From the NCBI GenBank assembly GCA_965277405.1, contig OZ255726.1, forward strand, positions 1,760,001-1,824,000: a stretch of 64,000 nucleotides of DNA, in the 5' to 3' direction. The notes beneath the pieces were generated by a model. It did no database searches, was not told the DNA's origin, and worked only from the letters and a program-made list of their open reading frames with translations. Shown here in pieces: positions 32,374 through 41,419 of the stretch; position 1 is the stretch's first letter, and every line of letters starts with the position of its first letter. Both the position numbers and the translations under genes were made by a program. Origin of the DNA: Gammaproteobacteria bacterium (GTDB taxonomy: Bacteria; Pseudomonadota; Gammaproteobacteria; G965277405).

Positions 32374-33627
32374 ATGAAACATTTACAGACAATCGCACAA
32401 TTTGATACAGAACTTGCTGCGGCAATTGCGCAAGAGGACGTTAGACAACAACAGCATATCGAATTAATAGCTAGCGAAAATTATTGCAGCCCGATGGTGA
32501 TGGAAGCCCAAGGCTCAATTTTGACGAATAAATATACAGAAGGGTATCCAGGCAAACGCTATTACGGCGGTTGTGAGTTTGTTGATATTGTTGAACGGTT
32601 GGCGATTAGTCGAGCACAACAATTATTTGGTGCAGAATTTGTCAACGTGCAACCGCATTCAGGGAGCAGCGCAAATAGTGCAGTGTATATGGCATTGTGC
32701 CAGCCGCATGACACGGTTATGGGGATGAGTTTGAGCCATGGTGGGCATTTGACCCATGGTTCGCATGTCAATTTCTCGGGGCGGATATATAACAGCGTCC
32801 AGTATGAAACTGGCGAAAATGGATTGATAGATTATGCTGCGGTAATGCAGCAGGCACGCGCGCAACAACCAAAATTATTGATAGCAGGATTTAGTGCGTA
32901 TTCTCAAGTTATTGATTGGCAGGAATTTCGCAAAATAGCAGATGAAGTTGGGGCATATTTGCTCGTTGATATGGCACATGTTGCTGGGCTAGTTGCTACT
33001 GGTCACTACCCAAGCCCAATTGGCATTGCTGACGTGGTGACGACAACGACCCATAAAACATTGCGTGGAGCACGTGGCGGGATGATTTTGGCGACCAATG
33101 CTGATATCGCCAAGAAAATTGATTCAGCAATTTTCCCAGGCTATCAAGGCGGACCATTGATGCATGCTGTGGCTGCAAAGGCTGTTGCATTGTACGAGGC
33201 GTTGCAGCCACAGTTTAAAGATTATCAACAGCGGGTGGTTGATAACGCTAAAGTGTTAGCACAACGGTTGATGGACAATGAAATTGATATCGTCTCCAAC
33301 GGTACTGAAAATCATTTGATGGTGTTAAATCTGTCTAAAAATGCAATAACAGGCAAAGAACTCGCAACTGCTTTGGGGGATGCATGTATTACGGTGAATA
33401 AAAACACCGTGCCGAATGACCCAAAATCACCATTTATTACCAGCGGTATTCGCATTGGCACCCCGGCGATAACAACGCGTGGATTTACAGAAGACGACTG
33501 TAAGACTGTTGCCGACTGGATCACTGAAATTATCCACAACATTGCTGATAGTCAGAAAATAGCGAGTATTCGAGAGCAAGTTATTGACCTGTGTAGTAAG
33601 CGTCCGATTTATGGCAGTTGGCAATAA
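32374..33627 (+). CDS. glyA: Serine hydroxymethyltransferase
   Basis: [34 protein letters not shown] and SGIRIGTPA. Confidence 0.97.
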   Translation: MKHLQTIAQFDTELAAAIAQEDVRQQQHIELIASENYCSPMVMEAQGSILTNKYTEGYPGKRYYGGCEFVDIVERLAISRAQQLFGAEFVNVQPHSGSSANSAVYMALCQPHDTVMGMSLSHGGHLTHGSHVNFSGRIYNSVQYETGENGLIDYAAVMQQARAQQPKLLIAGFSAYSQVIDWQEFRKIADEVGAYLLVDMAHVAGLVATGHYPSPIGIADVVTTTTHKTLRGARGGMILATNADIAKKIDSAIFPGYQGGPLMHAVAAKAVALYEALQPQFKDYQQRVVDNAKVLAQRLMDNEIDIVSNGTENHLMVLNLSKNAITGKELATALGDACITVNKNTVPNDPKSPFITSGIRIGTPAITTRGFTEDDCKTVADWITEIIHNIADSQKIASIREQVIDLCSKRPIYGSWQ

Positions 33628-33686
33628 GCCAGCTGTATTTATGTTTATTTGCTCACTCGCGGTTTGGCTAGCTGCAGTTGACTGAA

Positions 33687-33738
33687 CAGCGGTTTTGCTC
33701 TGGCTAGTCCATAATGAAGCGACCTAACCAGAGGCACC
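33687..33738 (+). mobile_element. Old, degenerate MITE right-end relic
   Basis: CAGCGGTTTTGCTCTGGCTAGTCCATAATG...GACCTAACCAGAGGCACC aligns with the MITE end CAGCGTTTTTGCTCCGTCTCGCCCATCATG..GACTTAATCAGAGCTTCC. Confidence 0.6.
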
Positions 33739-33778
33739 ATACATAAAAAAATTATCTGTCAACTGTGCTTGCTGCAGT

Positions 33779-33940
33779 TTACGTGCCTGAACAATGACCA
33801 CCCACACTTGCTTTGCCTGAACCGGCTGCAATTGCCGGCGCCTCAAAGCGCAAGTCAATAGCTGGAGTGTATAGCCAGTCGGTAACAAACAACACTGTCA
33901 ATACCAACCAGAATATGCCTACTCTTATATTTCTACTCAT
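33779..33940 (-). CDS. Small 53-aa single-TM protein with a C-terminal GGHCSGT tail
   Basis: ATG lies 2 nt after the yeeE-like stop. Sequence MSRNIRVGIFWLVLTVLFVTDWLYTPAIDLRFEAPAIAAGSGKASVGGHCSGT. Confidence 0.65.
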   Translation of the reverse strand: MSRNIRVGIFWLVLTVLFVTDWLYTPAIDLRFEAPAIAAGSGKASVGGHCSGT

Positions 33941-33942
33941 TT

Positions 33943-35025
33943 TTATAACCGAAAGTATGTGCGAATTTTCATGCCAATCAATGACCCTGAAAAAGCAAAA
34001 ACGACCCAAATCCAACCATGCAGGCTGCCAGTTGTAATCCCACTTAACATCGCCCCGACGTTACAACCAAACGCCAGCCGTGAGCTATACCCCATCAAAA
34101 ACCCTGCGAGTAGCCCCACCAACCACTGGGTTTTGCTAAGTTCGCTTTTTCCTGCTTTATTTTTTCCTGCGATGAATAATGCGCCCGCCAATATCCCTAT
34201 ATTGGTTAACGTCGTTACATCTAACAACACACTTTGCTGCAGGATTTGTGAATGGGTTGCTGCCCCCCAAAATGGATTGCTGCTCGGTGCAAACAAGCCA
34301 GCAACAGTCGTGGCTTTTGCTACCCATAGCCCAAAGCCATATACAACGCCCCATGGCTGACCTGATACGAGCAACACCAACGTTGCCAGCACTGCCAACG
34401 CGACTGCACCGAGCAGCCAATGTTTACTCAGCCATTGTTTGCCAGCGCCGACCCATACTCTAACGGCAAGCACTATGGCAGCCAGCACGACTAATGTTAG
34501 CCAAAAGGTGCCGTTAAACCCGATTGAACCTTGGATTGCAACAGGTTCGATAGCACCAAGGTCCAACCAACTGTGTAGGTGTACGGAACCAAAAAAACTA
34601 CCAAGCGCAAACAATGGTAAAATCCCCATATTTAACGGTATCCCCAGTCCTGCTTTATACAGTGTTCCAGAGCCACACCCATCTGCGATTTGCATGGTGA
34701 TGCCAAATACAAACGCACCAACCAGCAAACTGACGCTTAACGGTCCCAAAGCACCATGGAGCTCATCAAAATTTGCCAATAATGGTAGCGCCAATGCCGT
34801 GCCGATAGCCAACAACACTACTTGGCCAAATACACCAGCTGGGTCGCGATTTTCTACAAGTATCCGCCAGCCTGTTGTAAAACCGAACCGTGCTCTAGCG
34901 AGTACTGCGCCAAGACCACACCCCAATATTAAGAGTAATGCCTGTCTTACAGAAACTTGCAAAACTAGAAATGCTGCAAATGCTACTATTGCCAGCGGCA
35001 CATATATTCGATAATTGATTGTCAT
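33943..35025 (-). CDS. YeeE/YedE (TsuA-like) sulfur-compound transporter
   Basis: FGFTTGWR, GMQ-like MQIADGCGSGTLYK and RLAFGCNVGA conserved Cys motifs. An AAGGA RBS precedes ATG 35025. Confidence 0.88.
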   Translation of the reverse strand: MTINYRIYVPLAIVAFAAFLVLQVSVRQALLLILGCGLGAVLARARFGFTTGWRILVENRDPAGVFGQVVLLAIGTALALPLLANFDELHGALGPLSVSLLVGAFVFGITMQIADGCGSGTLYKAGLGIPLNMGILPLFALGSFFGSVHLHSWLDLGAIEPVAIQGSIGFNGTFWLTLVVLAAIVLAVRVWVGAGKQWLSKHWLLGAVALAVLATLVLLVSGQPWGVVYGFGLWVAKATTVAGLFAPSSNPFWGAATHSQILQQSVLLDVTTLTNIGILAGALFIAGKNKAGKSELSKTQWLVGLLAGFLMGYSSRLAFGCNVGAMLSGITTGSLHGWIWVVFAFSGSLIGMKIRTYFRL

Positions 35026-35033
35026 ATATTTCC

Positions 35034-35969
35034 TTATAGGTTTTTCCACCAAATTTTTGCGTCAACAATAAGTTGCCCCAATCTGCCTGGTCCTTGTATT
35101 GGCAATCGCTGCTCGCTGTTGGTCCAATCTACCATTGAACCTGGATATAATTTAACTGGCTGTCCCAATATTTCAGAAAACGCAAACCAGTTGGTTGAGG
35201 CCTTATGCCCAGTATTACAAAAACTAACGATTTGTTGTCCATCCTTAATTGGACCAATTGAGGCTAATAAACGTTTTGCCTTGGTAATGTCTAATACTCC
35301 TGAGCCTGGTTCAAAAAAATCTTTAAAAGTAACCCGCACTGCTCCTGGTATGGTTCCTGCGAGCGTTGCTTTGCTGCTGCGGGTTTTTCCTAAGAATGCG
35401 CCTGCTACGCGGGCGTCCATCAGCAGCAGCTTATCGTCACCAAGCTGCGCTGCTAAACCATGCCGTTTCTCAAGGTAGCGACGATTAAACCCAGTCGGGG
35501 TATATTGTGTTGGTATCACCACTGTTATGTTGTTTGTTAGCGGCAAATCATTGACTTTCCATGCGGTTAACCCACCATTCAATATTGCTAGGTTCGTCAA
35601 ACCAAGGGTTTTTAACGTCCAATACACCCGCGCAGTTGCGGAAAAGTCAACGGCGTTATGGCCTGTTGCCACGACGACTATTTTCTTATCTGCTGCAACA
35701 CCTATCCTTTGCAACAATTTGGTAAAATCATCTAATCCACGCAATTGACCGGGGTTGTTCGATGGTCCACGCCAACGTCCATACGGTGCAGACACAGCGC
35801 CGCCAATATGTTCTTTAGCAAAAGCTGCGCTTGGGCGAATATCGATAATCAGGGTGTTTTGCTTGTAGGTAAGCGCTTGCAATTCATTTGCTGTCAACAA
35901 TGGTCCAGCTGATACCGAGGCTGCGCATACAACCAATGCAATAGCGGCAATGTGCGAAATAATTTTCAT
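35034..35969 (-). CDS. Exported tandem-domain rhodanese / sulfurtransferase
   Basis: Signal peptide, HIGGA, ARVYWTLK, LNGG, GTIPGA, catalytic FCNTGHKAS and LYPGSMVDW. Confidence 0.88.
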   Translation of the reverse strand: MKIISHIAAIALVVCAASVSAGPLLTANELQALTYKQNTLIIDIRPSAAFAKEHIGGAVSAPYGRWRGPSNNPGQLRGLDDFTKLLQRIGVAADKKIVVVATGHNAVDFSATARVYWTLKTLGLTNLAILNGGLTAWKVNDLPLTNNITVVIPTQYTPTGFNRRYLEKRHGLAAQLGDDKLLLMDARVAGAFLGKTRSSKATLAGTIPGAVRVTFKDFFEPGSGVLDITKAKRLLASIGPIKDGQQIVSFCNTGHKASTNWFAFSEILGQPVKLYPGSMVDWTNSEQRLPIQGPGRLGQLIVDAKIWWKNL

Positions 35970-36516
35970 GGTGTTCTCTTGACTAAAAACCGCATTACAA
36001 CATGAAGTTTTATTTACACAATACAAGTAAGTATGAATGCATTAAAAGCGCTCAACAATCACGCGGGGTATAATTTTATTTTAAGTTTGCTTAACTTTGC
36101 GCAGTATTATTTCAGCACTGCTGGCCTGATGCTGGATATAGTTGATTATTATGTTAGTTGATTATTATGTTAACAGCCGCGCTTTGATGCGGTTTTAGTC
36201 TACGTCGATACGCTGCACGCGCTTTGTAGCTTGGCATTATTTTGCTAGCCGTAGGATTGAGCACGACATCAGTTGCATCCATCCACACGACCATTTACCT
36301 GTTGTATATTTCATTAACCCTGTATTTGTAGTGTTTTGCGGTGACCAAGCGATAATACACGGGGTATCACCTAATCTTCACCATGATTTTCATCGATTTA
36401 ATACTTGAGGAATAGAGCTTGTTCATTAAGTTTTCTTACAAATAATCGTTTAAATGAACAGATATTGTTTTTTTGTTCTAATCTATACAACATGTTTATC
36501 TACCATAGGAGTTAAA

Positions 36517-37287
36517 ATGAAAAAAATTATTGCAATCATCACTATTTTATTTGCTGCGCACACGCTCACAGTGGCTGCAGAGACCGTTAAAATTGGCATA
36601 GAACCTGCCTACCCACCTTTTAGTGAAACCAAGCCAGATGGCACGTTTGCAGGCTTTGACATCGACATCACCCACGCACTCTGCGAACAGCTCAAAGTTG
36701 AATGCCAGCTCATTAAGCATGAATGGGACGGTCTTATTCCATCGTTACAAGCTAAAAAAATAGACGCAATCATTGCATCAATGTCGATTACCGCAGAACG
36801 GAAAAAAAAAATATCGTTTACCAATAAATACTATGTATCACACTCACGTTTTGTTGCGCGCAAAGGATCAAAATTCACGGCTGCAAATTTTGACTTAGCA
36901 GGAAAAACTGTTGCCGTGTTGCGTTCATCGGCAATGGACAACTTCGTGACCGACAATTTTGGTGCCTACGATATTTTAACGGTGAAGCGCTATGCTTCTC
37001 AAGAGGATGCATACTTAGATATGATTTCAGGTCGTGTCGATTTAGGTTTTCTTGAATTTGGTGTTGCCGAAGTTTTCTTAAAATCTGATGATGGTAAAAA
37101 CTTTGAAATGATTGGTCCAAGCTATGCGCAAGTTAAATGGTTTGGCAAAGGTATCGGTATTGCTGTCCGCAAACAAGATAATGATCTGCGCAAGCGTTTA
37201 AACGCTGCTATCGACGCCATTCGAGCCAGTGGTGAGTACGACGCCATTCGTGGAAAATATTTTAGTTACGATATATTTGGCGAATAG
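36517..37287 (+). CDS. Polar amino-acid (Lys/Arg/Orn/His-type) ABC binding protein, copy 1
   Basis: IEPAYPPFS, GFDIDI, WDGLIPSL and SMSITAER. An AGGAG RBS is present. Confidence 0.9.
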   Translation: MKKIIAIITILFAAHTLTVAAETVKIGIEPAYPPFSETKPDGTFAGFDIDITHALCEQLKVECQLIKHEWDGLIPSLQAKKIDAIIASMSITAERKKKISFTNKYYVSHSRFVARKGSKFTAANFDLAGKTVAVLRSSAMDNFVTDNFGAYDILTVKRYASQEDAYLDMISGRVDLGFLEFGVAEVFLKSDDGKNFEMIGPSYAQVKWFGKGIGIAVRKQDNDLRKRLNAAIDAIRASGEYDAIRGKYFSYDIFGE

Positions 37288-37314
37288 CTCTCGCGTTCAA
37301 TTTTTATTGAGCAT

Positions 37315-37548
37315 ATGGTATCATGATATTTACCAACTTTGCTCATAGCAGCCGCAACAACTATTGCAATATCGATTGTTGCTGTGGTCATTGCGGCTCT
37401 GCTTGGACTGCTTGCTACTGGAGTTTGGCAAACTAGCAGCAATTGCTATTATTCACTTACCACCTATACCACCGTGATACGCGGTATTCCAGAGTTTGTA
37501 TTGCTGTTGTTGATTTTTTCGGTGGACAAATCTGCATCAACACGTTGA
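37315..37548 (+). pseudogene. Truncated, frameshifted copy of the HisQ-like permease 5' end
   Basis: It matches 38598-38835 (TYTTVIRGIPEFVLLLLIF) but has an early TGA, indels and an end at the duplication junction. Confidence 0.85.
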
Positions 37549-37802
37549 ATCCAGCCACGCTACCATTGACCCGTTGCATATATCAGTTGCATATATCATG
37601 AACCTTGTATCTGTAGTATTTTGGGGTGACCAAGCGGCAATACATGCAGTATCACTTAATCATGCTCCATGATTTTCATCGCTTAATACTTTGGGCATAG
37701 GAATTGTTATTAAGACTTCTTACAAATTATCGCGCAAATGTACATATATTGCCTTTTTTTGTTCTAATCTATGCAACACTTGTACCTACCATGGGAGTTA
37801 AA

Positions 37803-38570
37803 ATGAAAAAAATTCTAGTAACCGTTGCGATTTTATTTGCAGCGCACGTGTTCACAGTAACTGCAGAGACCATTAAAGTTGGCATTGATGTCTACCCACC
37901 TTTTAGTGAAACAAAGCCAGATGGTACATTTGCAGGCTTTGACATCGACATCAGCTACGCACTCTGCGAACATCTGCAAGTGGAATGCCAGCTCTTTAGG
38001 CATGAATGGGATGCTCTGATTCCAGCGTTACAAGCTAGGAAAATAGACGCAATCATCGCATCTATGTCGATTACCGAGGAACGTAAACAAAAAGTATTGT
38101 TTACGAATAAATACTATGCTTCACCCGCACGTTTTGTTGCCCCCAAAGGGTCAAACTTCACGGCTGCGAATTCTGACTTAGCAGGAAAAACTGTTGCCGT
38201 GCTGCGTTCATCAGCATTGGATAACTTCATGACAGACAATTATGCCGCATACGATATTTTATCGGTGAAGCGCTATGCATCTCAAGACGATGCAAACTTA
38301 GATATGATTTCAGGCCGTGCTGATTTAGGCTTTATGGAATTTGGTGTTGCCGAATATTTTTTCAAAACGGATGTTGGTAAGAACTTTGAAATGATTGGGC
38401 CAAGCTATTCACAGCCTCAATGGTTTGGCGAAGGTATCGGTATTGCTGTCCGCAAACAAGACAATGATCTGCGCAAGCGTTTAAACGGTGCTATCGACAC
38501 CATTCGAGCCAATGGTAAGTACGACGCCATTCGTGGAAAATATTTTAGCTACGATATATTTGGTGAATAA
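37803..38570 (+). CDS. Polar amino-acid ABC binding protein, copy 2
   Basis: Close paralogue of 36517-37287, with IDVYPPFS. Confidence 0.9.
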   Translation: MKKILVTVAILFAAHVFTVTAETIKVGIDVYPPFSETKPDGTFAGFDIDISYALCEHLQVECQLFRHEWDALIPALQARKIDAIIASMSITEERKQKVLFTNKYYASPARFVAPKGSNFTAANSDLAGKTVAVLRSSALDNFMTDNYAAYDILSVKRYASQDDANLDMISGRADLGFMEFGVAEYFFKTDVGKNFEMIGPSYSQPQWFGEGIGIAVRKQDNDLRKRLNGAIDTIRANGKYDAIRGKYFSYDIFGE

Positions 38571-38597
38571 TTAGCTCGCTATATTTTTATCGAGCAC

Positions 38598-39281
38598 ATG
38601 GAATTCGGATATTTTCAATCTTTGCTCATAGGAGCCGCAACAACTATTGCAATATCAATTAGTGCGGTGGTAATTGCGGCGCTGCTTGGTCTGCTCCTAG
38701 CGTTTGGCAAACTATCTAAAGTTGCTATTATTAGCTTAGCTTGTACAACCTATACCACCGTGATACGCGGTATTCCTGAGTTTGTATTGCTGTTGTTGAT
38801 TTTCTTTGGCGGTCAAATCGGCATTAACACACTGATGGAGGAGCTTGGATCTGATTCCTACATAGACATAAATCCTTTTATCACCGGGGTGGTTACCCTG
38901 GGCTTAATTTATGCCGCGTATATGGCTGAAACATTTCGCGGCGCCATTCTTGCGATGGATGTTGGTCAAATCGAAGCTGGCCGTGCGTTTGCAATGCCTA
39001 AATCAACGTTGATTCTTAGAATCATCGTGCCGCAATTGGTGCAACACGCGCTGCCAGGGTTTACCAACAATTGGCTGGTGCTGCTCAAGGCAACTGCGTT
39101 GGTATCGTTAATTGGCTTAGAAGATATGGTGAATGTTGCTCGGTATGCGGGAGCGGCAACTAAACAGCCATTTATTTATTTTTTTGCAACAGCAATATTG
39201 TATCTCATCATGACTTGGTGTTCGCTCAAACTCCTCAACACTTGGGCGAAGCGTTTTAATTTGGAGCAACAACGGCTGTAA
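38598..39281 (+). CDS. Polar amino-acid ABC permease (HisQ/AotQ-like)
   Basis: RGIPE, AYMAETFRGA, GQIEAG and KATALVS. Confidence 0.9.
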   Translation: MEFGYFQSLLIGAATTIAISISAVVIAALLGLLLAFGKLSKVAIISLACTTYTTVIRGIPEFVLLLLIFFGGQIGINTLMEELGSDSYIDINPFITGVVTLGLIYAAYMAETFRGAILAMDVGQIEAGRAFAMPKSTLILRIIVPQLVQHALPGFTNNWLVLLKATALVSLIGLEDMVNVARYAGAATKQPFIYFFATAILYLIMTWCSLKLLNTWAKRFNLEQQRL

Positions 39282-39964
39282 TGGATTTTACCGTAGTTTT
39301 TTTGCAATACCCAAAATGGTTGGAAGGTCTGTGGCTGACGTTTCAGCTTACAGTTTTATCGGTTGTCATTGGCTTTGTCATTGCGCTGTTAATCGCCATA
39401 GTGCTAGTGGGCAAAAACCGCATAGCTATAGCGCTGTGTAAAGGCTATGTTTACTTCTTTCGAGGCACGCCATTTTTGGTACAACTGTATTTAATTTACA
39501 ACGGCTTGGCAGGATTAGCGTGGGTTAGAGACTCGTTTGTATGGGTGGTATTTAAGGAAGCATATTTTTGCGCGCTGCTGGCGTTGGTTTTAAATACTGG
39601 CGCATACGGTGCAGAAATCTTGCGTGGTGCCTTTATAAATACTCCAAGAGAAGAGGTCGATGCGGCCTACTCATTTGGGATGACAAATAGACAAGCCCTC
39701 TGGCGCATTATTATACCATCGGCGTTGCGCCGCGCCTTTCCTGCATACAGCAATGAAGTGATACTGATGTTACACGCAACGTCGCTGGTCAGTGTCATCA
39801 CCTTGATGGACATAACTGGCGCAGCTCGGCTGATTTATGAGCGCTACTTTAATCCATTTGAAACATTTATTATCGCCGGTGCAATTTACTTGATTATCAC
39901 CATTGGGCTTACATGGGTATTCCGAGCATCTGAACGCAAATGGGCGCGACACCTCCAACCATAA
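39281..39964 (+). CDS. Polar amino-acid ABC permease (HisM/AotM-like)
   Basis: FRGTPFLVQ, LNTGAYGAE and PAYSNEVILMLHATSL. Confidence 0.9.
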   Translation: MDFTVVFLQYPKWLEGLWLTFQLTVLSVVIGFVIALLIAIVLVGKNRIAIALCKGYVYFFRGTPFLVQLYLIYNGLAGLAWVRDSFVWVVFKEAYFCALLALVLNTGAYGAEILRGAFINTPREEVDAAYSFGMTNRQALWRIIIPSALRRAFPAYSNEVILMLHATSLVSVITLMDITGAARLIYERYFNPFETFIIAGAIYLIITIGLTWVFRASERKWARHLQP

Positions 39965-40024
39965 CCATTCGCGCAACAAAGTAATAATACTATGGTTAAT
40001 GCAAAATAGATCCATCTAATAATC

Positions 40025-40615
40025 ATGGCAAAACTCTATTTCTATTACTCCGCAATGAATGCTGGTAAATCAACAACGTTGTTGCAATCAAGGTATAACT
40101 ACCATGAACGTGGCATGCAGACGTGCATATTTGCACCAAAATACGATATGCGATTTGGGAATGAGGTGCGAGTGACATCGCGGCTTGGCTGTAGTGCTGC
40201 TGCGATAGGCTATGCAAAAGAAGACTCAATATACGCCATAGTGACGCAGCTGCATGCGCAACAACCGATTAGCTGTGTCTTGATTGATGAAGGGCAGTTT
40301 TTAACCCGCGTACAAGTATGGCAATGCACGGAAATCTGTGATGTACTCCATATTCCCGTGCTGTGCTATGGATTACGCTCAGACTTTCAAGGCAATGCAT
40401 TTGCTGGCAGCCACGCGCTGCTTACTTGGGCAGATGAGCTTATCGAACTGAAAACCGTCTGTTCTTGTGGTAAAAAAGCATCAATGGTGTTACGGATTGA
40501 CGCAGACGGTAATGCCATTCGAGAAGGCTTACAAGTAGACATTGGCGGCAATGACAAATACATTTCAGTGTGTCGACAGCATTTCAAACAGCCTCTTGCA
40601 ATAAGTAATCTTTGA
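40025..40615 (+). CDS. tdk: Thymidine kinase
   Basis: YSAMNAGKST, IDEGQF, YGLRSDF, CSCGKKA and YISVCRQH. Confidence 0.95.
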   Translation: MAKLYFYYSAMNAGKSTTLLQSRYNYHERGMQTCIFAPKYDMRFGNEVRVTSRLGCSAAAIGYAKEDSIYAIVTQLHAQQPISCVLIDEGQFLTRVQVWQCTEICDVLHIPVLCYGLRSDFQGNAFAGSHALLTWADELIELKTVCSCGKKASMVLRIDADGNAIREGLQVDIGGNDKYISVCRQHFKQPLAISNL

Positions 40616-40732
40616 TGTAATCCATATTGAGCATGCTTGTTGATACAGTGTGTATGAGATGCAATGCTGCAAAACCGCAAACACTGCTATTTCGAATCAG
40701 TCAACAAATGGACGTGGTTTGAGGCAGGGCAG

Positions 40733-41419
40733 CTAATTCAGTGCGTTTTGCTCGCTTGATGAGTTATTCACAACTTGTACTCGTTCGAAGACCTCTAAGG
40801 CAACATGGCGCACGCCTTGTTCCTGCTCTAGCTGTTGCTGTATTGCTAATAGGCGTTCGATAGTATGCGTGCCGTGAACTGTCACAAATAGCCGCCAGCC
40901 GTCTTTTTTTACCAGCAAGCCTTTTTTAAATTGTTGCTGATATTCTAGGCTGAAATCGTTTACATACTTTGCTAGCAATATATCTGCCGCTTGGTAGGCA
41001 GTAGGATCCACATCTATTCGCAAGTTTTGTAACACAATCCCAAGATTGCCATAGCGCTGATTTCTAACTACAGGATAATTACTTAGAGGCAGTCCCGCTG
41101 GTGAATAGTCGCTGTTTATGCTCGACGCCTGCCTGCTGTTCGTTGCGGTTTGGTAGATTATAAAGTTGCCTTTCTTTTCAACAAAATTTGCTGCAGTCAG
41201 TGCACTTTGAGGACTCGCAGTTGCTTGTGCTGTTGCTTGAGTTGGCGCTGCACTGGCGTTACCCGTTGCCGGTTGCTGTGCATACATATCGCGCTGTATT
41301 ACATATTCAATACCGTTATTTTCAAACGTTTGTGCAGATGACGACACGGAAAACACCACGCCCATACATGCAATGGCTACTGCGATACCAGCCGTACTAG
41401 TTTGATTAGCTCGGATCAT
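40733..41419 (-). CDS. Exported protein, putative external chaperone of the adjacent S8 protease
   Basis: Signal peptide, overlap with the protease stop, and PVVRNQRYGNLGIV and GVRHVALEV motifs resembling Aeromonas ASP ORF2-type chaperones. Confidence 0.55.
   Translation of the reverse strand: MIRANQTSTAGIAVAIACMGVVFSVSSSAQTFENNGIEYVIQRDMYAQQPATGNASAAPTQATAQATASPQSALTAANFVEKKGNFIIYQTATNSRQASSINSDYSPAGLPLSNYPVVRNQRYGNLGIVLQNLRIDVDPTAYQAADILLAKYVNDFSLEYQQQFKKGLLVKKDGWRLFVTVHGTHTIERLLAIQQQLEQEQGVRHVALEVFERVQVVNNSSSEQNALN

Larger units (their letters stand above)
36277..38835 (+). repeat. Diverged tandem duplication of about 1.27 kb (upstream region + binding protein + 5' part of permease)
   Basis: 36277-37548 and 37549-38835 align through the non-coding leader, the binding-protein gene and the permease 5' end. 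Confidence 0.9.

Noticed and set aside
33959-35014. Plus-strand ORFs opposite the yeeE-like gene
   Set aside because: Antisense shadows of a hydrophobic membrane-protein gene.
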